64,000 nucleotides of DNA from an uncultured Nitrospiraceae bacterium (GTDB lineage: Bacteria > Nitrospirota > Nitrospiria > Nitrospirales > UBA2166), in NCBI GenBank assembly GCA_964463965.1, contig CAYXED010000001.1, positions 141,961 to 205,960 on the forward strand, in the 5' to 3' direction. The stretch's first letter is position 1. Each line of letters begins with the position of its first letter. The position numbers and the translations under genes were made by a program. Below the pieces are notes generated by a model. The model saw only the letters and a program-made list of their open reading frames with translations, had not been told where the DNA came from and did not search any database. Below are positions 1 through 8,425 of this stretch, piece by piece.

Positions 1-615
1 ATCCGCCACCATTTGCCTTCCATAGAGAAACCAAATCGGTATCAAAGTAGCAACAAACACAACGGGCATAAGCGGCGCAACATTGATGATAAAGTCCATA
101 AAGGTCAAATGCGCAGCACTTCCTATCATGATATTGGGAGGATCGCCAATAAGGGTTGCCGCACCACCAATGTTTGAAGCAAGAATTTCTGTTGCGAGAA
201 ATGGATATGGCGTCACTTTCAATTTATCCGTGACAAGCAAGGTAATGGGTACAATCAGCATCACGGTGGTAACATTATCCAAGAGTGCAGAAAACACTGC
301 AGTAACTATTGCAAGCATCACAAGGCATCCCCAAGGATCCCCCTTCATAATCTTTGCACTCAAAATCGCAACGTATTCAAACATCCCTGTTGTTCGAGAA
401 ATGGCTACTAAGGCCATCATCCCAACCAACAAGCCAATAGTATTAAAATCAACACCTGCAATTGCGATTTCCTGATTAATGATCCCCAAAAGAATCATCA
501 ATACCGCGCCTGACAAGGCCACCACAGCACGGTTAATACGATCCCATACAATCAGACCATACGTTAATGCAAAAACTGCAGTAGCAATCAGTAAATGCGA
601 ATCAATAGAATTCAA
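1..615 (-). CDS. ArsB/NhaD-superfamily (CitMHS/YbiR-like) anion permease, N-terminal ~205 codons; gene runs off the left edge
   Basis: The gene is absent from the ORF track because it is open to the window edge. My reverse-complement translation from TTG (615-613) reads MNSIDSHLLIATAVFALTYGLIVWDRINRAVVALSGAVLMILLGIINQEIAIAGVDFNTIGLLVG...LDNVTTVMLIVPITL...ASNIGGAATLIGDPPNIMIG...VFVATLIPIWFLYGRQMVAD with no stop to position 1. It is multi-TM and matches the ArsB/NhaD permease pattern. The + strand ORF 83..475 is its antisense shadow. Confidence 0.7.
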   Translation of the reverse strand, partial: MNSIDSHLLIATAVFALTYGLIVWDRINRAVVALSGAVLMILLGIINQEIAIAGVDFNTIGLLVGMMALVAISRTTGMFEYVAILSAKIMKGDPWGCLVMLAIVTAVFSALLDNVTTVMLIVPITLLVTDKLKVTPYPFLATEILASNIGGAATLIGDPPNIMIGSAAHLTFMDFIINVAPLMPVVFVATLIPIWFLYGRQMVAD

Positions 616-1348
616 ATTTTACCTCACGTTCTTCATTAGCCATTAATGTCACCGACCGTGTTTGTATACCAAGAGATGGGTGCCAAGCATGTAACACATA
701 GTTGCCAGGAGGAATTTTGTCAATCTCGAGCACTTCGTGAGAACGACTAATGGCAAAATAAGGATTGGTAATCCTAAAAATCCAACTATGCATAAACTGA
801 TGCTGCAAACATTCAAGTTTTAAGAAATTACCCTTCCGTAACGTCACAGTTCTCTGTAGTGTGTCCTGAAAGTGCAGTGGAATATTAAAGTGGTTTAATC
901 GTGCCTGTCCTACTGTTTCATAGGCAATAGGATTATGTACAACTGTATCTAAATTCGTGACCATAATAGAAGATCCATTAACAAAGACCCCAACACGAGG
1001 CTCCCAAGTACACCATTTGGATGTAAAGGTTGAAAGTTGACTTAAATTAGCCGGAAATGATTTTCCTTTGTCCACCTCATCAAGGAATACAACAACATCC
1101 TCTAAGTGACCTTCAGGCGCACGTACAGATGATATAAAACGTGCGCCATCCTTTGCATCTAAAGCCTTACCGCATACACGAGGGTTTTTTTGCATGTAAT
1201 AGACATCAGGAGCAGCAGCCTGACCTAAAAAAATTACCGTAGCTCGAATCGTAGCACCATCGGTCACGTCAACCACTGTATAGGCAATGCCTACTTCAGA
1301 GTCTAATACGATGAGCAACAGCATTAAGAGTATGTATTTTATACGCAT
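602..1348 (-). CDS. secreted cupredoxin-like protein (family often annotated 'methylamine utilization protein')
   Basis: It has an N-terminal signal peptide (MRIKYILLMLLLIVL...). A 'TVVHN' motif is followed by 'C-L-Q-H-Q-F-M' (C-x2-H-x2-M), which is type-1 copper-ligand spacing. The C-terminal 'PPGNYVLHAWHP' is typical of this family. Its stop overlaps the start of the downstream permease. Confidence 0.5.
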   Translation of the reverse strand: MRIKYILLMLLLIVLDSEVGIAYTVVDVTDGATIRATVIFLGQAAAPDVYYMQKNPRVCGKALDAKDGARFISSVRAPEGHLEDVVVFLDEVDKGKSFPANLSQLSTFTSKWCTWEPRVGVFVNGSSIMVTNLDTVVHNPIAYETVGQARLNHFNIPLHFQDTLQRTVTLRKGNFLKLECLQHQFMHSWIFRITNPYFAISRSHEVLEIDKIPPGNYVLHAWHPSLGIQTRSVTLMANEEREVKFEFY

Positions 1349-1673
1349 GCATACCAGAAGTAACTGAAATATAAAGAAAAACGGCGGTAATAATAACCTA
1401 CTCAGAGCTACTGAACAACCACTAGGACCTCAAAAAAACCCTACCATGGAAAACACACAACAAAAATAATTTCGCCAATAAAATGACTAAAAAACGATCT
1501 CCCCACCTCAATAAAACTTGGCTTATGCGGCTATTCATGCTTTAATGGGCCAGTTTCGCGTGTTTTATCACTTCAAATAAACCCAGCAAGCGACGTTTTG
1601 TTTTTCAATGGGGGCCTTTTGCTGCCCTAGGTAGATGGGTATAACAACATAGTCATTGGAGGTTTTTTCTATT

Positions 1674-2981
1674 ATGGCGACTGCGGTACACGACTATAAA
1701 GTAGCTGACATGTCCCTGGCAGACTGGGGTCGAAAAGAAATTGAGATTGCAGAAAAAGAAATGCCCGGGCTCATGGCAATTCGCCATAAGTATCAGAGTG
1801 AGCAACCTTTACAAGGTGCCAGGATTGCCGGCTGTCTCCATATGACCATTCAGACCGCAGTATTAATTGAAACCCTCGTTGCTCTTGGCGCTAGTGTGCG
1901 CTGGTCATCATGCAATATTTTTTCAACTCAAGATCATGCCGCCGCCGCAATTGCCGCCGCCAAAATTCCTGTGTTTGCCTGGAAGGGTGAGACAGAGGAA
2001 GAATATGAATGGTGCATTGAACAAACCCTCTACTGGGAAGATGGGAAACCACTCAATATGATTCTTGACGATGGTGGGGACCTTACTGCAATTGTTCACA
2101 ACAAAAACCCTGAACTCATTAAGTCTATACGAGGATTAAGCGAAGAAACCACAACTGGAGTTGTCCGTCTCTACCAGATGCATGAACGAGGTGACCTCAA
2201 AGTCCCTGCTATGAATGTCAATGACTCTGTTACAAAATCTAAATTCGACAACTTGTATGGATGCCGTGAATCATTAGCTGACGGCCTAAAGCGTGCAACT
2301 GATGTTATGATTGCCGGAAAAGTCGTAGTAATAGCTGGATATGGTGGCGTAGGTAAGGGTTGCGCTCAATCGATGAGAGGATTTGGTGCCCGCGTTCTCG
2401 TAACAGAAATTGATCCAATTTGCGCTCTTCAGGCTGCAATGGAGGGCTTTGAAGTTGTGACAATGGACGATGCCGCATCACTTGGAGATATTTTTGTTAC
2501 CGCTACAGGCTGCATGAAAGCTATTGATGGAAGGCACCTCGATGCCATGAAAGATAATGCCATTGTATGCAATATCGGTCATTTTGACTCAGAAATTGAC
2601 ATCGCATACATGGTCGATCATCCAGATATCTCTGAAGTAGAAATCAAACCCCAAGTAGACAAATTTATATACCCAGATGGAAAAACAATAGTGGTACTGG
2701 CAAGAGGCCGTCTGGTCAATCTAGGTTGCGCCACGGGACATCCATCATTTGTCATGAGCAATAGCTTCTCAAACCAAGTTCTTGCACAAATTGCACTCTG
2801 GGGTAACCCAGATGCATATCCGGTAGGTGTACACGTTCTCCCAAAAAGCTTGGATGAGGAAGTTGCAAGATTGCACCTTGGCCAACTAGGGGTAAAATTG
2901 ACCGTGCTCTCCAATGAGCAAGCAGATTATCTCGGAATACCTTCACAGGGGCCTTTTAAGCCGGACTACTACCGCTACTAG
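1674..2981 (+). CDS. ahcY: adenosylhomocysteinase (S-adenosyl-L-homocysteine hydrolase)
   Basis: Full-length match by eye to the AhcY family: [34 protein letters not shown]..., [11 protein letters not shown]-binding [10 protein letters not shown], and C-terminal ...FKPDYYRY. I prefer the ATG at 1674, which lies 11 nt after GGAGG at 1658-1662, over the track's TTG at 1656. Confidence 0.97.
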   Translation: MATAVHDYKVADMSLADWGRKEIEIAEKEMPGLMAIRHKYQSEQPLQGARIAGCLHMTIQTAVLIETLVALGASVRWSSCNIFSTQDHAAAAIAAAKIPVFAWKGETEEEYEWCIEQTLYWEDGKPLNMILDDGGDLTAIVHNKNPELIKSIRGLSEETTTGVVRLYQMHERGDLKVPAMNVNDSVTKSKFDNLYGCRESLADGLKRATDVMIAGKVVVIAGYGGVGKGCAQSMRGFGARVLVTEIDPICALQAAMEGFEVVTMDDAASLGDIFVTATGCMKAIDGRHLDAMKDNAIVCNIGHFDSEIDIAYMVDHPDISEVEIKPQVDKFIYPDGKTIVVLARGRLVNLGCATGHPSFVMSNSFSNQVLAQIALWGNPDAYPVGVHVLPKSLDEEVARLHLGQLGVKLTVLSNEQADYLGIPSQGPFKPDYYRY

Positions 2982-3113
2982 GTAAAAAACTCCCTTCCTT
3001 GCAAAAAAGTGAGCTCCAGAGAGCCAATTACACCCAGACATGTTCTACAATTATCCCCATGGCATGTGTTCCCTTGCAATTGAAAAAATAAATCCTCCAA
3101 AAGTGAGAGTGTT

Positions 3114-3455
3114 GTGACCTTTATTATTTTGAGCTTGCTTCTGAACGCCTTGGTTGTCTTCATGGTTGCCAAGCTTGTACCCGGGATTACTGTCAAAAAC
3201 TATGGCGCCGCAATTGCTGTAGCATGCACGTATTCAATTCTATCCTGGCTCTTTAAGGGCATCCTTGTATTTCTCTCTTTTCCACTCATACTAGTGACTT
3301 TTGGGCTATTTCACCTGGTACTTAACGCATTTCTTCTCTGGGTAACCGATAAAATCCTCGATAGTTTTGAAATCTCTAGCTTGGCTGCTCTTATGATAGG
3401 AACAATTGCACTTACACTTGGAGGCACCCTTGTAACGCTATTGCTAGGAAACTAG
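3114..3455 (+). CDS. small 4-TM membrane protein, Phage_holin_4_2/DUF360 family
   Basis: 113 aa and very hydrophobic. LLNALVVFMVAKLVPGITV...PLILVTFGLFHLVLNAFLLWVTDKIL matches the DUF360 pattern. GTG start. No phage genes are adjacent. Confidence 0.65.
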   Translation: MTFIILSLLLNALVVFMVAKLVPGITVKNYGAAIAVACTYSILSWLFKGILVFLSFPLILVTFGLFHLVLNAFLLWVTDKILDSFEISSLAALMIGTIALTLGGTLVTLLLGN

Positions 3456-3504
3456 AAACTTCGATAAAATAGATAATATAGCCAAGGGGGAGGCAAATAC
3501 TATT

Positions 3505-4218
3505 ATGGGCATACTATCGAGAGAATTCGTAGTCTTACTAGGTGTTACCACAACTTTTCTACTCTTATTTAACAGTACTACCACATACGCTCAAACAAAA
3601 ATTTCGGCAGAGTTTGAAAACGTCGTCGTAGACGAAACACCCTGCGGTTTATCTTCAATGTGGCCAGATTCAAGTGCAAAGGCAAAAATCAAACAAGCGG
3701 ACGGGGAAACGAAGATTACCATAAAGGTAAAAGATACCGTTCCTAGCGTATTCTGGACCGCTTGGATCAGACTCGCCGGAGTCAGTCCTCTCTCGTGGAA
3801 CGGCATGTCTCGTATGGGATCAACTCCCATGGCACCCATGGGAGCACTCAGGAGTTTAGCTGCAACAACCCCTGCTGGAAACTTGGACGAAGATGCGTTT
3901 CCCGCCGGAACCGGTGACAATGGTGAAGGGTCAGATGACCAGATTAATGGGTTTTTTACTGATGAAACAGGCGCTGGAAAACTAAAAATACTACTCGATT
4001 TTCCCCTCATAAAAGGTGCAGTTCCATTTCACGAGCTTAATGACGACTTTGACCCAATTGCAATCGGAACGAGCCCTACCGTACCTTTTACTCTTCGCAT
4101 TGTCAGTCACTGCGAAGATAACGTCGGACATGGCCTCGTACCTGGTGGACAGTTGGATATAGAAACTGAACAGCCAATTAGCACGAATCACGAAATCTGG
4201 TTTGAATGGGAGTTCTAA
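3505..4218 (+). CDS. secreted protein of unknown function
   Basis: A strong SD (GGGGGAGG) lies ~10 nt upstream of the ATG. The signal peptide ends ...TTYAQT. I recognise no family. Confidence 0.6.
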   Translation: MGILSREFVVLLGVTTTFLLLFNSTTTYAQTKISAEFENVVVDETPCGLSSMWPDSSAKAKIKQADGETKITIKVKDTVPSVFWTAWIRLAGVSPLSWNGMSRMGSTPMAPMGALRSLAATTPAGNLDEDAFPAGTGDNGEGSDDQINGFFTDETGAGKLKILLDFPLIKGAVPFHELNDDFDPIAIGTSPTVPFTLRIVSHCEDNVGHGLVPGGQLDIETEQPISTNHEIWFEWEF

Positions 4219-4223
4219 TCAAG

Positions 4224-4937
4224 TTAGGGAGACGTCATAGGCTGCGTCATTTTTATTGAAATTCTAACAACTGGGTTTCTCCAATCTCGCTCTTCAGGGC
4301 TAAGATCCCCCACGCCATGGATACCCATATGCAAATGAACAAACCCTTCACCCTTCTCCCTTGACCTTCCTTCACCATCACAGATTGTTCCAGGAATCGA
4401 CCTACACAGTTCATCGTTAACTTCACTTCCCGCATCATATGCAGGAACATCCACAACCCTCACCTTAGTAGTTTTTGGTAATTTAACGCCTTGAACAGCG
4501 ACAAAACCATCATTAGTTGGATTCAGCATGGAAATAAAAGAAACCCTGTTAAATATGCCTCCACCTTCAAGACGTAACGTAACAGAGTCGCCAGGATTCA
4601 ATAAACCTTCAGCAGACTTAACAACATCTTGAACATCAGACGATCGCACAAACATATCTGCAAACAAACCCGTATTTCCAGATTCTGCACTTGATTCTAG
4701 GGCCTGGCTAGCAGGCACTCCTAAATTAAAAAATGTAACCCGATCATTGTGACTCCACAACAAGGGGGCAGAAACACGTTGCCCTTTCGTAAGATTGGTA
4801 ATGGTGACGCTATATTCCTGAAGTTCATTATTTGTTTGGGCATGCAGAGGAATAACTATTAAAAAGGTAAATATTAAAAAAAATACTGGATATATACCTG
4901 CCCCCATATATAATTTTTTTTTGAAATTACACACCAC
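4224..4937 (-). CDS. secreted spondin_N-domain protein
   Basis: Motifs as I recall them from bacterial spondin_N proteins: VTITNLTKGQ..SAPLLWSH, MLNPTNDGF, YDAGSEVNDE, HLHMGIHGVGDL....DWRNPVVRISI. The start is GTG at 4937, preceded by GGAG. The signal peptide has a KKK n-region. Confidence 0.7.
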   Translation of the reverse strand: MVCNFKKKLYMGAGIYPVFFLIFTFLIVIPLHAQTNNELQEYSVTITNLTKGQRVSAPLLWSHNDRVTFFNLGVPASQALESSAESGNTGLFADMFVRSSDVQDVVKSAEGLLNPGDSVTLRLEGGGIFNRVSFISMLNPTNDGFVAVQGVKLPKTTKVRVVDVPAYDAGSEVNDELCRSIPGTICDGEGRSREKGEGFVHLHMGIHGVGDLSPEERDWRNPVVRISIKMTQPMTSP

Positions 4938-5036
4938 CTATAACTCCATTAGAAACAACCCTTCAAAGTCTTAACACAATACACACTCCAAAAACCACTA
5001 AGATTTCTCTTAGCACTTCACAGACAATATACAAAA

Positions 5037-6992
5037 TCATCTACTATCTAAATCGAATGCCTGAATATCGAGACGATACTCGCCCTCCCCACGAAATGAT
5101 GCAATAACAATATCGATGCGAGTATTATTTCCCTCAGATATTTCCAAAACACACACCTCTTCACCAAACCTCTCCCTGCATACTCCCTCTTGACCATCAG
5201 GGCCAAACACAAAAGAGTCGAAATTTCCTCGTACAGTATGTGTTAGAGTAGTTGTGAAAATAGCTGGTACCTTAACAGTAAGCTTGAAGAGATCTTCATC
5301 AAAGGCTCCATCATTGGAGCTAACAAGCACCCCATCTATAGTCATGCACTCATCAATACCTAACTTTCCAATTGATTGCTCATCTCCTAACTGATTATTA
5401 GGCTCTTCTTCACGACGAAATGAGTCTTTAGTACAATTACGTCCGCCAATCATTTTTACCACGTTATTTCTTAATTTTCTTTGCACCTCATTTTCAAGGC
5501 TATTTTGAATAGAAAAAATCGCAAATTTCCCATCTAAATCTTCAGAGGCATCAAATTTAAATTTAACTCTAGCAGCGTCCTCCAAGAAGGAGCGTTCAAC
5601 TTTTATTTCATCTACAGCAATAAGACTATCAATATCCCTATCAAGGCTTTCATCATCGGAAACCCACATCTCTATCAATGTTGGTACTGTCGAAAATATA
5701 CTTTCAACAGTAGTAACGTGAAGCCTTGCAATGACTCTGTCAAAAGATTCTTTTATCTTATGTTTGAATTTTGTCAATGCAAGAGCAATCCCTATATCAG
5801 TATCATCTGGCTCTAACGTATTCAGTAATATATCAATCCCCTCAACAGACTCTTCCTTTAAAACCACAATCTCAGTTTTATCGTCAGGAAGATCCAGTTC
5901 GATTAAACCCGATTCATCCTCACCATTATAAAACTCGCGAGAAGCTGGAAAAATTGCTGGGGGATCAAGGGGATTTACACTCGAACCTCCGGTAAATCTC
6001 TGACTGACTGGTTCAACTTCTACAGTGTAGTTGCCTGAAGGTAACCCCGAAATTACATACGCCCCTTCTAAAGAAGAATCATCACTCCCTCCTCCAAGAT
6101 TATTTAAAAACAACGCTCCGGAAACCGCCGAAATCGCGTCATGAATAGGATCAGAAGTGTTTCTGGCAATTACATTCGCTCCCTGAAAGGGTGTAACTCC
6201 ATCACCTAAAAGAACCTCACCAGAAATCGTTCCTGTGGATGTTAAAAATGTCGGTTGTGGATAGAGTGTAGAGATAGTAGCTATATCATCAAGATGAAGA
6301 GATACTTTACTGTCATTATCAAGAGCAAGGGGAAACATGGTCGGAATACCCTCGTCATTGGATGGATCGTTATCAAAGGCAAGCTCAAGGTTGACCTGTG
6401 AATGATCCAAGTTAATATAGTGTCCAAACTCATGAACAATTGTGGCAAAAAATGATTCAATCGGTACATTACGGCTATTTAAGTTACCGTCAATAACTGT
6501 ACCATTTAAGATAGCCAGTGCTTCAAAAATCTCGTCCCCATTCCCCAATTCAATGCTGGTAAAACCCAAAACAAAACGACTTGCTCCAATACCCAATAGT
6601 GCATCAGTCACCGTACCATCATGATCAAATACAATCGGGCTTATGCCATCACCCACAACATCTACCACCTCAAAAACATTCTCTCCTACAACATCGATCG
6701 GCAACTTTCCTGCTGGAGTAAAGGTAACCGATGCTGATGGAACCTCTTCCCAAACCTGAAATGCTGCTTGAACTAATGCTACTGCCTCCTCGTTATTCAA
6801 AAGACCTAAGGAGCCTTGATCTGTATGGAAGGAAACAGGGCTTCTTGTATCCCATACCCGTGGAATTCCATCATTATTAACTTCAAAAGGTCCACCAGGA
6901 TAACCCAATACAGGAAAGAACATGTTCCCTACAAATACAAAAAGTACCATCAATAAGTGCAGATGAGTATTGAGCATTTCTCTATCGTTCAA
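5037..6992 (-). CDS. secreted zinc metalloprotease (metzincin/matrixin-like HExxHxxxxxH) with CarboxypepD_reg-like and PPC-like C-terminal domains
   Basis: Hydrophobic N-terminus. Zinc motif HEFGHYINLDH. The middle segment GTISGEVLLGDG...GLPSGNYTVEVEPV is regulatory-domain-like. The C-terminal ~110 aa resembles a pre-peptidase C-terminal domain. Confidence 0.65.
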   Translation of the reverse strand: MNDREMLNTHLHLLMVLFVFVGNMFFPVLGYPGGPFEVNNDGIPRVWDTRSPVSFHTDQGSLGLLNNEEAVALVQAAFQVWEEVPSASVTFTPAGKLPIDVVGENVFEVVDVVGDGISPIVFDHDGTVTDALLGIGASRFVLGFTSIELGNGDEIFEALAILNGTVIDGNLNSRNVPIESFFATIVHEFGHYINLDHSQVNLELAFDNDPSNDEGIPTMFPLALDNDSKVSLHLDDIATISTLYPQPTFLTSTGTISGEVLLGDGVTPFQGANVIARNTSDPIHDAISAVSGALFLNNLGGGSDDSSLEGAYVISGLPSGNYTVEVEPVSQRFTGGSSVNPLDPPAIFPASREFYNGEDESGLIELDLPDDKTEIVVLKEESVEGIDILLNTLEPDDTDIGIALALTKFKHKIKESFDRVIARLHVTTVESIFSTVPTLIEMWVSDDESLDRDIDSLIAVDEIKVERSFLEDAARVKFKFDASEDLDGKFAIFSIQNSLENEVQRKLRNNVVKMIGGRNCTKDSFRREEEPNNQLGDEQSIGKLGIDECMTIDGVLVSSNDGAFDEDLFKLTVKVPAIFTTTLTHTVRGNFDSFVFGPDGQEGVCRERFGEEVCVLEISEGNNTRIDIVIASFRGEGEYRLDIQAFDLDSR

Positions 6993-7635
6993 CCCCGGTG
7001 CTTTGTCTATTGACTAAAGTTTTGACAATAAACATAAAATCATCATATGGGATAGGACCTCTATCCCTCGTTATCAAACGCTGCAGAGTTTTCAAGCGAG
7101 TTTTGTTAAAACTTTGATCGCTAAGAAATGAATCACTTTGCATACTACTTAGTAAGCCAATATTGTTAATACCATTTACTACCATTGAAGATGTAAATGA
7201 TTTTTCATCCACAACAAAGTTAAACTTTCCCTGAAACATACCTACTGGAGAGGTCAACCTATATTGACTTTCAGGGTGTAGAAACAATATTACTTTTTCT
7301 CCAGAAGCATATGTAGGCATTCCTATAATTCGACTAGCGCTTTTGCCCACAATACCCCCATAGTGGTGAATAGCATGCGTATCACTAATATTACCTTTTA
7401 TTACTTCAATCACTTCAAACTTCGTTACGTCCACCATCCTGTTGATTTGCTGATCTTCTTTCGACTCACTCGAAATACATACACCTATAAAAACCACCTC
7501 TGCTGTCTCAATCATCTGCTCAAGAGTCAACAACTTAACCTTCATAGCAAAAGCAAGCTCTGTCACAAGAAGGAAGGTACATACGATCACTATACATAAT
7601 GTTCTAAACATAATACGTTTCTCCAACACGTTCAC
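6982..7635 (-). CDS. secreted hypothetical protein, upstream of and overlapping the metalloprotease gene by 11 nt
   Basis: Signal peptide (…CIVIVCTFLLVTELAFA). The overlap suggests an operon with 5037..6992. No family recognised. Confidence 0.55.
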   Translation of the reverse strand: MNVLEKRIMFRTLCIVIVCTFLLVTELAFAMKVKLLTLEQMIETAEVVFIGVCISSESKEDQQINRMVDVTKFEVIEVIKGNISDTHAIHHYGGIVGKSASRIIGMPTYASGEKVILFLHPESQYRLTSPVGMFQGKFNFVVDEKSFTSSMVVNGINNIGLLSSMQSDSFLSDQSFNKTRLKTLQRLITRDRGPIPYDDFMFIVKTLVNRQSTGVER

Positions 7636-7805
7636 TAATTAACCTATAGTTATTCAGAAACACTTTATCTACAGTTTCTCTGCGCGAAAATACCATGAGG
7701 GATATGTTTAATATCGATAGATAATATCAATATATACCCCACGACCATGCCCCTATATGCTATTGGACTTATATCATAATAACTTGATCTTCAGTCAGTG
7801 CTACG

Positions 7806-7824
7806 GTAGGCTGCTATAGCCTAC
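7806..7824 (+). other. 7-bp stem / 5-nt loop hairpin (GTAGGCT-gctat-AGCCTAC), 23 nt upstream of the 7848 start codon
   Basis: The perfect inverted repeat was read directly. No U-tract follows on either strand, so it is not an intrinsic terminator. It may be a 5'-UTR structure. Confidence 0.3.
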
Positions 7825-7847
7825 TAAAATTCAATAGTAAAAGTCTT

Positions 7848-8276
7848 ATGAGCTTACGACCATCACTCCAAGCTATCGTAACATGCGATACAGTTATTGA
7901 GGATAGAAATAGTGGAAAAAAAAGCCTTATTGGAATATTCACTCATGTTGCCGCAAACTCCTTCCCTTGTAGTTACCCTCTAATGAGCATCTACTTCTGC
8001 ATCACTGATGCAGAGGGAAGCTATACTTTCACATTGAAACTTATACACTTGGACCAGAACCGCCAAATTGCAGAAAATACTCTACCTCCTATCGAGATTA
8101 AAAATCGCCTACAGATAGTTGACTGCGGAATCACCATTCTACGTGTTCAATTTGACACACCAGGACGATATGACTTTCGATTGTTTGCTAACAATGAATT
8201 CATTGGAAATAAAGATTTTGTTGTAATTGAAGCAAAACAAAAACCTAAAAGTGATGCTGAACCGTCAGAAAAGTAA
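7848..8276 (+). CDS. hypothetical cytoplasmic protein (142 aa), isolated between two long non-coding gaps
   Basis: Clean ORF with no signal peptide. No family assigned with confidence. Confidence 0.5.
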   Translation: MSLRPSLQAIVTCDTVIEDRNSGKKSLIGIFTHVAANSFPCSYPLMSIYFCITDAEGSYTFTLKLIHLDQNRQIAENTLPPIEIKNRLQIVDCGITILRVQFDTPGRYDFRLFANNEFIGNKDFVVIEAKQKPKSDAEPSEK

Positions 8277-8383
8277 CGTCAACAATCGTACCTTTACACT
8301 AGATACCAAACACAACAAACTTAATATTTACAATGATTAAAATTTATGCAATCTGCTAGACAAGGCCTCAACGGCGAACGATG

Positions 8384-8425
8384 TTATCCACCTCCACACA
8401 CTTATCCACGACGTTCTGTGAATAA
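8384..8425. promoter_or_regulatory. cluster of three DnaA-box-like 9-mers
   Basis: The three 9-mers are TTATCCACC (8384-8392), TTATCCACG (8402-8410) and TGTGAATAA (8417-8425, the complement of TTATTCACA). The last is a perfect match to TTATNCACA. They are followed by a T/A-rich tract around 8470-8520. Confidence 0.3.

Noticed and set aside
83-475. 130-aa ORF on the + strand at the left edge
   Set aside because: It lies exactly antisense to a much better-supported, edge-truncated ArsB/NhaD-type permease gene (1..615, minus). It has a low-complexity hydrophobic composition, no SD and no recognisable family. I treat it as a shadow ORF.
1500-1673. Possible SAH riboswitch or other leader element upstream of ahcY
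   Set aside because: SAH riboswitches do precede ahcY in some bacteria, and there is a ~300-nt upstream gap with a plausible promoter (TTGGCT-17 nt-TTTAAT around 1518-1546). However, I could not find the conserved SAH-riboswitch core segments as I remember them (…GAGGAGCG…, …CAGGCUC…, …AACGGCGCUCA…). Only a weak CAGCAA/TTGCTG pairing is present. An Infernal scan would settle it.
3114-3455. 'Phage holin' family gene as evidence of a prophage
   Set aside because: The DUF360/holin-4 family is widespread as a lone chromosomal gene. No capsid, tail, terminase, integrase, lysin or repeat-flanked boundary lies nearby.
3505-4937. Two convergent ORFs of identical length (237 aa each) meeting stop-to-stop: an inverted duplication?
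   Set aside because: I compared the 5' ends and several internal stretches. The nucleotide sequences are not reverse complements, and the proteins share only signal-peptide-like features and a vague Gly/Glu-rich stretch. The equal length looks coincidental.
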